This document shows, one piece after another, positions 1-7,605 of a DNA stretch of 12,544 nucleotides. Within the stretch, counting starts at the first letter, position 1. The number at the start of each line of letters is the position of its first letter. The notes under the pieces were generated by a model that saw only the letters and a program-made list of their open reading frames with translations, was not told the DNA's origin and searched no databases. A program made the position numbers and the translations under genes. Origin of the DNA: a virus; UHGV virus genome UHGV-0329897, one strand, 5' to 3'.

Positions 1-2
1 AG

Positions 3-83
3 GTTGCAGAGGCTATGGCCCTGGTACGAGCGCTGAACAAAATGACGAAAGCAGGTATGCCTGAAAGCGTGCGTATTGCCTGA
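3..83 (+). CDS. 3' end of an unidentified ORF entering from the left window edge (ends ...KAGMPESVRIA, TGA at 81-83)
   Basis: Open frame from position 3 to the TGA at 81-83 with no internal stop. It converges on the truncated gam. No family recognised; too short to judge. Confidence 0.25.
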   Translation, partial: VAEAMALVRALNKMTKAGMPESVRIA

Positions 84-108
84 AAACACAACCCGCTACG
101 GGGGAGAC

Positions 109-282
109 TTACCCGAAATCTGATTTATTCAACAAAGCCTCCTGAATGTAATAAGCGTTCATGGCTGAACTCCTGAAATAGCTGTGAAAATATCGCCCGC
201 GAAATGCCGGGCTGATTAGGAAAACAGGAAAGGGGGTTAGTGAATGCTTTTGCTTGATCTCAGTTTCAGTATTAATATCCAT
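109..282 (-). pseudogene. gam: Truncated gam: first 47 codons of lambda Gam, then 10 unrelated codons and a stop
   Basis: Minus-strand translation from the ATG at 282 gives [47 protein letters not shown], matching the lambda Gam N-terminus as I recall it. It then diverges ([10 protein letters not shown], stop at 109-111) instead of continuing DRLEAQSW... The start overlaps the kil 3' end as in lambda. Confidence 0.6.
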
Positions 283-380
283 TTTTTATAAGCGTCGACG
301 GCCTCACGAAACATCTTTTCATCGCCAATAAAAGTGGCGATAGTGAATTTAGTCTGGATAGCCATAAGTGTTTGATCCAT
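237..380 (-). CDS. kil: Kil (host cell-division inhibitor), 47 aa
   Basis: Internal ATG at 380 of the 89-aa track ORF gives [47 protein letters not shown]. Lambda-like position overlapping the 3' end of cIII. Confidence 0.8.
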   Translation of the reverse strand: MDQTLMAIQTKFTIATFIGDEKMFREAVDAYKKWILILKLRSSKSIH

Positions 381-513
381 TTTTTGGGACTCCTGGCTGA
401 TTAAGTATGTCGATAAGGCGTTTCCATCCGTCACGTAATTTACGGGTGATTCGTTCAAGTAAAGATTCGGAAGGGCAGCCAGCAACAGGCCACCCTGCAA
501 TGGCATATTGCAT
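349..513 (-). CDS. cIII: CIII (protects CII from FtsH), 54 aa
   Basis: Hand translation from the ATG at 513 (minus): [54 protein letters not shown], stop at 349-351. Absent from the ORF track because it is under 60 aa. Confidence 0.85.
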   Translation of the reverse strand: MQYAIAGWPVAGCPSESLLERITRKLRDGWKRLIDILNQPGVPKNGSNTYGYPD

Positions 514-585
514 GGTGTGCTCCTTATTTATACATAACGAAAAACGCCTCGAGTGAAGCGTTATTGGTATGCGGTAACGCCGCGC

Positions 586-954
586 TCAGGCGGCTTTGAT
601 AGTCATATCATCTGAATCAAATATTCCTGATGTATCGATATCGGTAATTCTTATTCCTTCGCTACCATCCATTGGAGGCCATCCTTCCTGACCATTTCCA
701 TCATTCCAGTCGAACTCACACACAACACCATATGCATTTAAGTCGCTTGAAATTGCTATAAGCAGAGCATGTTGCGCCAGCATGATTAATACAGCATTTA
801 ATACAGAGCCGTGTTTATTGAGTCGGTATTCAGAGTCTGACCAGAAATTATTAATCTGGTGAAGTTTTTCCTCTGTCATTACGTCATGGTCGATTTCAAT
901 TTCTATTGATGCTTTCCAGTCGTAATCAATGATGTATTTTTTGATGTTTGACAT
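586..954 (-). CDS. ea10: Ea10-like protein of the pL operon (122 aa)
   Basis: 122-aa minus-strand ORF with ATG at 954, lying between cIII and ral as ea10 does in lambda and of the same length. Identity is by position and size rather than remembered sequence. Confidence 0.65.
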   Translation of the reverse strand: MSNIKKYIIDYDWKASIEIEIDHDVMTEEKLHQINNFWSDSEYRLNKHGSVLNAVLIMLAQHALLIAISSDLNAYGVVCEFDWNDGNGQEGWPPMDGSEGIRITDIDTSGIFDSDDMTIKAA

Positions 955-974
955 CTGTTCATATCCTCATAGAT

Positions 975-1000
975 AAAAAATCGCCCTCACACTGGAGGGC
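975..1000 (-). terminator. Putative intrinsic terminator in the pL operon between ral and ea10
   Basis: 6-bp GC stem gccctc/gagggc (983-1000) followed on the minus strand by a T6 run (A-run 975-980 on the plus strand). Confidence 0.4.
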
Positions 1001-1157
1001 AAAGAAGATTTCCAATAATCAGAACAAGTCGGCTCCTGTTTAGTTACGAGCGACATTGCTCCGTGTATTCACTCGTTGGAATGAATACACAGTGCAGTGT
1101 TTATTCTGTTATTTATGCCAAAAATAAAGGCCACTATCAGGCAGCTTTGTTGTTCTG

Positions 1158-1337
1158 TTAACCAAGTTCTCTGGCAATCATTGCCGTCGTTCGTATTGCC
1201 CATTTATCGACATATTTCCCATCTTCCATTACAGGAAACATTTCTTCAGGCTTAACCATGCATTCCGATTGCAGCTTGCATCCATTGCATCGCTTGAATT
1301 GTCCACACCATTGATTCTTATCAATAGTCGTAGTCAT
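1158..1337 (-). CDS. ral: Ral (restriction alleviation), 59 aa, C-terminally shortened relative to lambda Ral
   Basis: Hand translation from the ATG at 1337 (minus): MTTTIDKNQWCGQFKRCNGCKLQSECMVKPEEMFPVMEDGKYVDKWAIRTTAMIARELG then TAA. The frame would continue QNNKAA to a TGA if that TAA were a sense codon. Confidence 0.7.
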   Translation of the reverse strand: MTTTIDKNQWCGQFKRCNGCKLQSECMVKPEEMFPVMEDGKYVDKWAIRTTAMIARELG

Positions 1338-1407
1338 ACGGATAGTCCTGGTACTGTTCCATTACATCCTGCGGATGCTCTTCGAACTCTTCAAATTCTT
1401 CTTCCAT
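1321..1407 (-). CDS. Small acidic ORF (28 aa, MEEEFEEFEEHPQDVMEQYQDYPYDYDY) immediately upstream of ral
   Basis: ATG at 1407 (minus); the stop overlaps the ral start region. It sits where lambda has a small ORF upstream of ral. Short, so low confidence. Confidence 0.3.
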   Translation of the reverse strand: MEEEFEEFEEHPQDVMEQYQDYPYDYDY

Positions 1408-1531
1408 ATATCACCTTAAATAGTGGATTGCGGTAGTAAAGATTGTGCCTGTCTTTTAACCACATCAGGCTCGGTGGTTCTCGTGTACCCCTACAGCGAG
1501 AAATCGGATAAACTATTACAACCCCTACAGT

Positions 1532-2086
1532 TTGATGAGTATAGAAATGGATCCACTCGTTATTCTCGGACGAGTGTTCAGTAATGAACCTCTGGAGAGA
1601 ACCATGTATATGATCGTTATCTGGGTTGGACTTCTGCTTTTAAGCCCAGATAACTGGCCTGAATATGTTAATGAGAGAATCGGTATTCCTCATGTGTGGC
1701 ATGTTTTCGTCTTTGCTCTTGCATTTTCGCTAGCAATTAATGTGCATCGATTATCAGCTATTGCCAGCGCCAGATATAAGCGATTTAAGCTAAGAAAACG
1801 CATTAAGATGCAAAACGATAAAGTGCGATCGGTAATTCAAAACCTTACAGAAGAGCAATCTATGGTTTTGTGCGCAGCCCTTAATGAAGGCAGGAAGTAT
1901 GTGGTTACATCAAAACAATTCCCATACATTAGTGAGTTGATTGAGCTTGGTGTGTTGAACAAAACTTTTTCCCGATGGAACGGGAAGCATATATTATTCC
2001 CTATTGAGGATATTTACTGGACTGAATTAGTTGCCAGCTATGATCCATATAATATTGAGATAAAGCCAAGGCCAATATCTAAGTAA
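1532..2086 (+). CDS. sieB: SieB superinfection exclusion protein (184 aa)
   Basis: 184-aa plus-strand ORF converging on N (stops at 2084-2086 and 2087-2089), the lambda arrangement. Hydrophobic N-terminal region (MIVIWVGLLLL..., VFVFALAFSLAI) as expected for SieB. Confidence 0.8.
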   Translation: MMSIEMDPLVILGRVFSNEPLERTMYMIVIWVGLLLLSPDNWPEYVNERIGIPHVWHVFVFALAFSLAINVHRLSAIASARYKRFKLRKRIKMQNDKVRSVIQNLTEEQSMVLCAALNEGRKYVVTSKQFPYISELIELGVLNKTFSRWNGKHILFPIEDIYWTELVASYDPYNIEIKPRPISK

Positions 2087-2410
2087 CTAGGTAAGAGGAA
2101 TCGATTTTCCCTTAATTTTCTGGCGTCCACTGCATGTTATGCCGCGTTCGCCAGGCTTGCTGTACCATGTGCGCTGATTCTTGCGCTCAATACGTTGCAG
2201 GTTGCTTTCAATCTGTTCGTGGTATTCAGCCAGCACTGTAAGGTCTATCGGATTCAGTGCGCTTTCTACTCGTGATTTCGGTTTGCGATTCAGCGAGAGA
2301 ATAGGGCGGTTAACTGGTTTTGCGCTTACCCCAACCAACAGGGGATTTGCTGCTTTCCATTGAGCCTGTTTCTCTGCGCGACGTTCGCGGCGGCGTGTTT
2401 GTGCATCCAT
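2087..2410 (-). CDS. N: N transcription antitermination protein (107 aa)
   Basis: Internal ATG at 2410 of the track ORF gives MDAQTRRRERRAEKQAQWKAANPLLVGVSAKPVNRPILSLNRKPKSRVESALNPIDLTVLAEYH..., including the arginine-rich boxB-binding N-terminus. The upstream extension in the track is leader sequence. Confidence 0.9.
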   Translation of the reverse strand: MDAQTRRRERRAEKQAQWKAANPLLVGVSAKPVNRPILSLNRKPKSRVESALNPIDLTVLAEYHEQIESNLQRIERKNQRTWYSKPGERGITCSGRQKIKGKSIPLT

Positions 2411-2520
2411 CTGGATTCTCCTGTCAGTTAGCTTTGAGTAACGCGCCGTGATGCTTATCCCCACGGTTGCTGTCTTGCAGCTGCATTTCGCGCTACTCAA
2501 AGCTTTCTGCTTTGAATGCT

Positions 2521-2551
2521 GCCCTTCTTCAGGGCTAAATTTTTAAGAGCC
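2521..2551 (-). promoter_or_regulatory. nutL (boxA + boxB) in the N leader
   Basis: Minus strand reads GCTCTTAAAAATTTAGCCCTGAAGAAGGGC: a boxA-like GCTCTTA followed by the boxB hairpin GCCCTGAAGAAGGGC (plus-strand 2521-2535). Confidence 0.75.
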
Positions 2552-2584
2552 TCACCTTCAATGGTGGTTAGTGCGTCCTGCTGA

Positions 2585-2654
2585 CGAGCTAAGTATCACC
2601 GCTAGTGGTATTTGTGTCAACACCGCTAGAGATATTTTATCACCGCAAATGGTT
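2585..2654 (-). promoter_or_regulatory. pL promoter with operators oL1 (2594-2610), oL2 (2618-2634), oL3 (2638-2654)
   Basis: Three 17-bp lambda-type operator sites (tatcaccgctagtggta, caacaccgctagagata, tatcaccgcaaatggtt). On the minus strand the -35 TTGACA (2615-2620) and -10 GATACT (2592-2597) direct transcription towards N. Confidence 0.8.
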
Positions 2655-2809
2655 ATCTGTATGTTTTTTATATGGATTTATTTTTTCGAGTGAGTGTATT
2701 GCCTCGGCGATGTAAGGAGAGATCAGAATTGCGTTGTTTAGTGAGTTGTATCTATTTATTTTCCAATAAATACAATTGGTTATGTGTTTTTAGGTGGGGC
2801 GATCGTGAG

Positions 2810-2839
2810 GCAAAGAAAACCCGGCGCTGAGGCCGGGTT
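2810..2839 (-). terminator. Intrinsic terminator closing the cI-adjacent cargo operon (tIMM-like position)
   Basis: Perfect 8-bp stem aacccggc/gccgggtt (2818-2839) with a 6-nt loop, starting 3 nt after the stop of the 250-aa ORF and followed on the minus strand by TTTCTTTG. Confidence 0.6.
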
Positions 2840-2842
2840 GTA

Positions 2843-3595
2843 TTATGCTGCAAGTCTCTTAATCCAAGTCTCTCTTTTGGAGAATGGTAGAACTTGGCTT
2901 GATTCATGGAAGAGTAAGGAGAGTTGTTGCATTTGATCACCAATTGCTTCGCTGTCTATAACAACAAATCTGTTGTTATACTCCTCACTTGAAGCTTTAA
3001 GATCAATTAGTTTCCCAAGCAATGAGTAAGCACTATTCCAGCTTCCTCCGTGTTTCACGCTTGATGTAAAAACGTATTTAGGTATGTCGGTTTTTATTGT
3101 TACAGGGACGGTAATTTGATGTCCACTCAAGCCATATACGTTTTCACGAAGAGAAAGTGCCTCTCTAAGCTCTGTGTGATATAGATAATCAATAACCATA
3201 CTTTCAAACTTTTCAGCTTGAACTGGCTGATACCAGTCTAACGACAAAGTTGATGCGAGTATACCAGCTCTAATTATGTTCGATGTAATCGCACCGACAT
3301 CCTTTTCTGTTGCCCAAGCAATGATTTCTCCTCGAGCATTGAGTTCTGCGCCTTCTTTAAGCAGTAATTGTCGTATCTCATCAAGTCGTTTTTTGGTAAG
3401 CGAGATCCCTCTTGCCTCCATATTCATTAAGGCATCGCATCTGTCACTAACTAAATACCTACCATTGACTTCACGGATAAAGGCACCGACATGCTCTCCA
3501 TCATCACAGTAAGTGAATGGACTGATAATTCTCAAGGTCTTGCCTATTGGATGGCATTCGAAACCTAGTTGTGAGATCACTGTTGAGCACATCAT
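2843..3595 (-). CDS. Hypothetical protein (250 aa), distal gene of the cI-adjacent cargo operon; no family recognised
   Basis: Long minus-strand ORF starting ATG ATG at 3595/3592; its start overlaps the upstream gene's stop (ATGA). Immediately followed by a terminator. No obvious transmembrane segment or catalytic motif that I can name. Confidence 0.7.
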   Translation of the reverse strand: MMCSTVISQLGFECHPIGKTLRIISPFTYCDDGEHVGAFIREVNGRYLVSDRCDALMNMEARGISLTKKRLDEIRQLLLKEGAELNARGEIIAWATEKDVGAITSNIIRAGILASTLSLDWYQPVQAEKFESMVIDYLYHTELREALSLRENVYGLSGHQITVPVTIKTDIPKYVFTSSVKHGGSWNSAYSLLGKLIDLKASSEEYNNRFVVIDSEAIGDQMQQLSLLFHESSQVLPFSKRETWIKRLAA

Positions 3596-4149
3596 ATTCC
3601 AAACCCCATTTGCCCCGACTCATCTTCAAGCGGTAAAGGTATTCTCCCAGAGTAAGTTATGTTCAGATGTTTACAGAAGTAATTCCAATACCCTACCAGG
3701 TCATCTGGGTTTATGTCATCTTCGATTGGAAACGCTATTCTATCACTATAGTATCCAGCTTCTTCATAGTATACATGGTAATGAGCACCGTAAATGATAT
3801 CTTGGTACTTCGGATGATCGACCTTGTAACTATTCGTGTGTTTGTCAAAGTGATAGGTATCTACCGCGAAAACCCTCTTGTTATGATAGAAAGCAATAAT
3901 ATTTATTTTAGGGTAAGAAATCGGGTCATCAGGTTCTGAATCCTGATCTGGTTTCCATTTCAGTTCAAACTTTAGCCCTTGTATAGGTATACAATCCTCA
4001 TCCAAGGGGATGATATGAGCTTGTAGCCACATATCAGAGCGACTTGGTTTCTGTTTCCATTTAACGCCAGAAAAGTTAACTATTTTTTTACAATAAAGTA
4101 CTTTATCAACTTCTACTTGGCTTGGCTGATAATCATCTATTTTTGCCAA
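3592..4149 (-). CDS. Hypothetical acidic, aromatic-rich protein (185 aa), proximal gene of the cI-adjacent cargo operon; no family recognised
   Basis: Minus-strand ORF beginning 39 nt downstream of the cI stop. The codon at 4149-4147 is TTG (track prints M) preceded by AGGGCGG 7 nt upstream; the first in-frame ATG is codon 40. Contains acidic clusters (PDQDSEPDDP, EDDINPDD, LEDESGQ). Confidence 0.65.
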   Translation of the reverse strand: MAKIDDYQPSQVEVDKVLYCKKIVNFSGVKWKQKPSRSDMWLQAHIIPLDEDCIPIQGLKFELKWKPDQDSEPDDPISYPKINIIAFYHNKRVFAVDTYHFDKHTNSYKVDHPKYQDIIYGAHYHVYYEEAGYYSDRIAFPIEDDINPDDLVGYWNYFCKHLNITYSGRIPLPLEDESGQMGFGI

Positions 4150-4188
4150 TGTTTACCGCCCTGTAAATTGTAGATAAAAGTGGTTTCA

Positions 4189-4905
<717 letters not shown>

Positions 4906-4912
4906 TTAAATC

Positions 4913-4990
4913 TATCACCGCAAGGGATAAATATCTAACACCGTGCGTGTTGACTATTTTACCTCTAGCGGTGATAATAATTGCATGTAC
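4913..4990. promoter_or_regulatory. Right operator and divergent promoters: oR3 (4913-4929), oR2 (4936-4952), oR1 (4960-4976), pR (-35 TTGACT 4950-4955, -10 GATAAT 4973-4978), pRM on the opposite strand
   Basis: Three 17-bp operator sites (tatcaccgcaagggata, taacaccgtgcgtgttg, tacctctagcggtgata) between the cI and cro starts; strong SD AGGAGG before the cro ATG. Confidence 0.85.
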
Positions 4991-4993
4991 TAA

Positions 4994-5203
<210 letters not shown>

Positions 5204-5210
5204 ATAACAC

Positions 5211-5242
5211 CGCTCTTACACATCACAGCCCTGAAAAAGGGC
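5211..5242 (+). promoter_or_regulatory. nutR (boxA CGCTCTTACA 5211-5220; boxB GCCCTGAAAAAGGGC 5228-5242)
   Basis: Canonical boxA followed by the boxB hairpin, just downstream of cro. Confidence 0.8.
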
Positions 5243-5254
5243 ATCCAATTAAAC

Positions 5255-5286
5255 CACACCTATGGTGTATGCATTTATTTGCATAC
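5255..5286 (+). terminator. tR1 region (Rho-dependent terminator zone) with a 7-bp palindrome
   Basis: Position between nutR and cII; palindrome gtatgca/tgcatac at 5267-5286. A Rho-dependent site cannot be proven from sequence alone. Confidence 0.4.
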
Positions 5287-5299
5287 ATTCAATCAATTG

Positions 5300-5350
5300 T
5301 TATCTAAGGAAATACTTACATATGGTTCGTGCAAACAAACGCAACGAGGC
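5300..5350 (-). promoter_or_regulatory. pRE region with CII-binding direct repeat TTGC-N6-TTGC
   Basis: Minus strand reads TTGCGTTTGTTTGC (plus-strand 5331-5344) overlapping the cII start codon region, the lambda pRE -35 arrangement. Confidence 0.55.
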
Positions 5351-5615
5351 ACTACGAATCGAGAGTGCGTTGCTTAACAAAATCGCAATGCTTGGAACTG
5401 AGAAGACAGCGGAAGCTGTGGGAGTTGATAAGTCGCAGATCAGCAGGTGGAAGAGAGACTGGATTCCCAAGTTCTCAATGCTGCTTGCTGTTCTTGAATG
5501 GGGGGTCGTTGACGACGACATGGCTCGATTGGCGCGACAAGTTGCTGCGATTCTCACCAATAAAAAACGCCCGGCGGCAACCGAGCGTTCTGAACAAATT
5601 CAGATGGAGTTCTGA
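5322..5615 (+). CDS. cII: CII transcriptional activator (97 aa)
   Basis: ATG at 5322 gives MVRANKRNEALRIESALLNKIAMLGTEKTAEAVGVDKSQISRWKRDWIPKFSMLLAVLEWGVVDDDMARLARQVAAILTNKKRPAATERSEQIQMEF. The track ORF begins at an upstream alternative start. Confidence 0.95.
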   Translation: MVRANKRNEALRIESALLNKIAMLGTEKTAEAVGVDKSQISRWKRDWIPKFSMLLAVLEWGVVDDDMARLARQVAAILTNKKRPAATERSEQIQMEF

Positions 5616-5637
5616 GGTAATTACTGGATCTATCAAC
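5561..5637 (-). ncRNA. oop: oop antisense RNA (about 77 nt) with its t0 terminator
   Basis: Minus strand from 5637 reads GTTGATAGATCCAGTAATGACCTCAGAACTCCATCTGGATTTGTTCAGAACGCTCGGTTGCCGCCGGGCGTTTTTTAT, the sequence I know as lambda oop/t0: GC hairpin plus T6 tract, antisense to the cII 3' end. Confidence 0.75.
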
Positions 5638-5647
5638 AGGAGTCATT

Positions 5648-6547
5648 ATGACAAATACAGCAAAAATACTCAACTTCGGCAGAGGTAACTTTGCCGGACA
5701 GGAGCGTAATGTGGCAGATCTCGATGATGGTTACGCCAGACTATCAAATATGCTGCTTGAGGCTTATTCGGGCGCAGATCTGACCAAGCGACAGTTTAAA
5801 GTGCTGCTTGCCATTCTGCGTAAAACCTATGGGTGGAATAAACCAATGGACAGAATCACCGATTCTCAACTTAGCGAGATTACAAAGTTACCTGTCAAAC
5901 GGTGCAATGAAGCCAAGTTAGAACTCGTCAGAATGAATATTATCAAGCAGCAAGGCGGCATGTTTGGACCAAATAAAAACATCTCAGAATGGTGTATCCC
6001 TCAAAACGAGGGAAAATCCCCTAAAACGAGGGATAAAACATCCCTCAAATTGGGGGATTGCTATCCCTCAAAACAGGGGGACACAAAAGACACTATTACA
6101 AAAGAAAAAAGAAAAGATTATTCGTCCGAGAATTCTGGCGAATCCTCTGACCAGCCAGAAAACGACCTTTCTGTGGTGAAACCGGATGCTGCAATTCAGA
6201 GCGGCAGCAAGTGGGGGACAGCAGAAGACCTGACCGCCGCAGAGTGGATGTTTGACATGGTGAAGACCATCGCGCCATCAGCCAGAAAACCGAATTTTGC
6301 AGGGTGGGCTAACGATATCCGCCTGATGCGTGAACGTGACGGACGTAACCACCGCGACATGTGCGTGCTGTTCCGCTGGGCATGCCAGGACAACTTCTGG
6401 TCCGGTAACGTGCTTAGCCCGGCCAAACTCCGCGACAAGTGGACCCAGCTCGAAATCAACCGTAACAAGCAACAGGCAGTCGTGACAGCCAGCAAACCAA
6501 AACTCGACCTGACAAACACAGACTGGATTTACGGGGTGGATCTATGA
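5648..6547 (+). CDS. O: Replication initiator O (299 aa)
   Basis: Lambda-type O translation (MTNTAKILNFGRGNFAGQERNVADLDDGYARLSNMLLEAY...), with the origin iterons embedded in the coding sequence. Confidence 0.95.
   Translation: MTNTAKILNFGRGNFAGQERNVADLDDGYARLSNMLLEAYSGADLTKRQFKVLLAILRKTYGWNKPMDRITDSQLSEITKLPVKRCNEAKLELVRMNIIKQQGGMFGPNKNISEWCIPQNEGKSPKTRDKTSLKLGDCYPSKQGDTKDTITKEKRKDYSSENSGESSDQPENDLSVVKPDAAIQSGSKWGTAEDLTAAEWMFDMVKTIAPSARKPNFAGWANDIRLMRERDGRNHRDMCVLFRWACQDNFWSGNVLSPAKLRDKWTQLEINRNKQQAVVTASKPKLDLTNTDWIYGVDL
5996..6130. repeat. ori-lambda: four about 18-bp iterons (5997-6014, 6017-6033, 6041-6057, 6064-6081) followed by an AT-rich unwinding region
   Basis: Direct repeats tccctcaaaacgagggaaa / tcccctaaaacgaggga / tccctcaaattggggga / tccctcaaaacaggggga, then acaaaagaaaaaagaaaagattatt. 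Confidence 0.9.
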
Positions 6548-7245
6548 AAAACATCGCCGCACAGATGGTTAACTTTGACCGTGAGCAGATGCGCCGGATC
6601 GCCAACAACATGCCGGAACAGTACGACGAAAAGCCGCAGGTACAGCAGGTAGCGCAGATCATCAACGGTGTGTTCAGCCAGTTACTGGCAACTTTCCCGG
6701 CGAGCCTGGCTAACCGTGACCAGAACGAAGTGAACGAAATCCGTCGCCAGTGGGTTCTGGCTTTTCGGGAAAACGGGATCACCACGATGGAACAGGTTAA
6801 CGCAGGAATGCGCGTAGCCCGTCGGCAGAATCGACCATTTCTGCCATCACCCGGGCAGTTTGTTGCATGGTGCCTGGAAGAAGCATCCGTTATCGCCGGA
6901 CTGCCAAACGTCAGCGAGCTGGTTGATATGGTTTACGAGTATTGCCGGAAGCGAGGCCTGTATCCGGATGCGGAGTCTTATCCGTGGAAATCAAACGCGC
7001 ACTACTGGCTGGTTACCAACCTGTATCAGAACATGCGGGCCAATGCGCTTACTGATGCGGAATTACGGCGCAAGGCTGCCGATGAACTGACCTGTATGAC
7101 AGCGCGAATTAACCGTGGTGAGGCGATCCCTGAACCAGTAAAACAACTTCCTGTCATGGGCGGTAGACCTCTAAATCGTGCACAGGCTCTGGCGAAGATC
7201 GCAGAACTCAAAGCTAAGTTCGGACTGAAAGGAGCAAGTGTATGA
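6544..7245 (+). CDS. P: Replication protein P (DnaB helicase loader), 233 aa
   Basis: Lambda-type P translation (MKNIAAQMVNFDREQMRRIANNMPEQYDEKPQVQQVAQIINGVF...). Start overlaps the O stop (ATGA). Confidence 0.95.
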   Translation: MKNIAAQMVNFDREQMRRIANNMPEQYDEKPQVQQVAQIINGVFSQLLATFPASLANRDQNEVNEIRRQWVLAFRENGITTMEQVNAGMRVARRQNRPFLPSPGQFVAWCLEEASVIAGLPNVSELVDMVYEYCRKRGLYPDAESYPWKSNAHYWLVTNLYQNMRANALTDAELRRKAADELTCMTARINRGEAIPEPVKQLPVMGGRPLNRAQALAKIAELKAKFGLKGASV

Positions 7246-7532
7246 CGGGCAAAGAGGCAATTATTCATTACCTGGGGACGCATAATAGCTTCTGTGCGCC
7301 GGACGTTGCCGCGCTAACAGGCGCAACAGTAACCAGCATAAATCAGGCCGCGGCTAAAATGGCACGGGCAGGTCTTCTGGTTATCGAAGGTAAGGTCTGG
7401 CGAACGGTGTATTACCGGTTTGCTACCAAGGAAGAACGGGAAGGAAAGATGAGCACGAACCTGATTTTTAAGGAGTGTCGCCAGAGTGCCGCGATGAAAC
7501 GGGTATTGGCGGTATATGGAGTTAAAAGATGA
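7242..7532 (+). CDS. ren: Ren (96 aa)
   Basis: MTGKEAIIHYLGTHNSFCAPDVAALTGATVTSINQAAAKMARAGLLVIEGKVWRTVYYRF... in the lambda position after P; start overlaps the P stop. Confidence 0.9.
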   Translation: MTGKEAIIHYLGTHNSFCAPDVAALTGATVTSINQAAAKMARAGLLVIEGKVWRTVYYRFATKEEREGKMSTNLIFKECRQSAAMKRVLAVYGVKR

Positions 7533-7557
7533 CCATCTACATCACTGAGCTAATAAC

Positions 7558-7590
7558 AGGCCTGCTGGTAATCGCAGGCCTTTTTATTTG
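7558..7590 (+). terminator. tR2 intrinsic terminator
   Basis: Hairpin aggcctgc-tggtaatc-gcaggcct followed by TTTTTATTTGG, matching the lambda tR2 sequence as I recall it. Confidence 0.8.
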
Positions 7591-7605
7591 GGGGAGAGGG
7601 AAGTC

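Noticed and set aside
237-506. 89-aa minus-strand ORF from the six-frame track
   Set aside because: Only its C-terminal 47 codons (from the ATG at 380) correspond to kil. The upstream part overlaps cIII in another frame and is leader read-through, not a longer protein.
2087-2500. 137-aa extended form of N in the track
   Set aside because: The extension covers the N leader; the real start is the ATG at 2410 (MDAQTRRR...), giving the 107-aa N.
2752-2943. 63-aa minus-strand ORF overlapping the cargo-operon terminator and 3' end
   Set aside because: It spans the terminator hairpin and overlaps the 250-aa gene in another frame; no SD. Judged a chance ORF.
3276-3939. Plus-strand ORFs (78, 94, 90 aa) antisense to the cI-adjacent cargo genes
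   Set aside because: Shadow ORFs opposite long, well-supported minus-strand genes; low-complexity, serine/leucine-rich translations with no start context.
5262-5688. Alternative ORFs around cII (117-aa upstream-extended form, 86-aa antisense, 119-aa other frame)
   Set aside because: cII is unambiguous from the ATG at 5322. The others are frame artefacts; the antisense strand here encodes oop RNA, not a protein.
5964-6785. Overlapping and antisense ORFs inside O and the start of P (71, 60, 107, 64, 109 aa)
   Set aside because: They lie within the well-supported O and P reading frames and span the ori iterons; typical shadow ORFs.
6860-7283. 76-aa plus-strand and 85-aa minus-strand ORFs inside P
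   Set aside because: Overlap the P coding sequence in other frames with no start context; judged chance ORFs.
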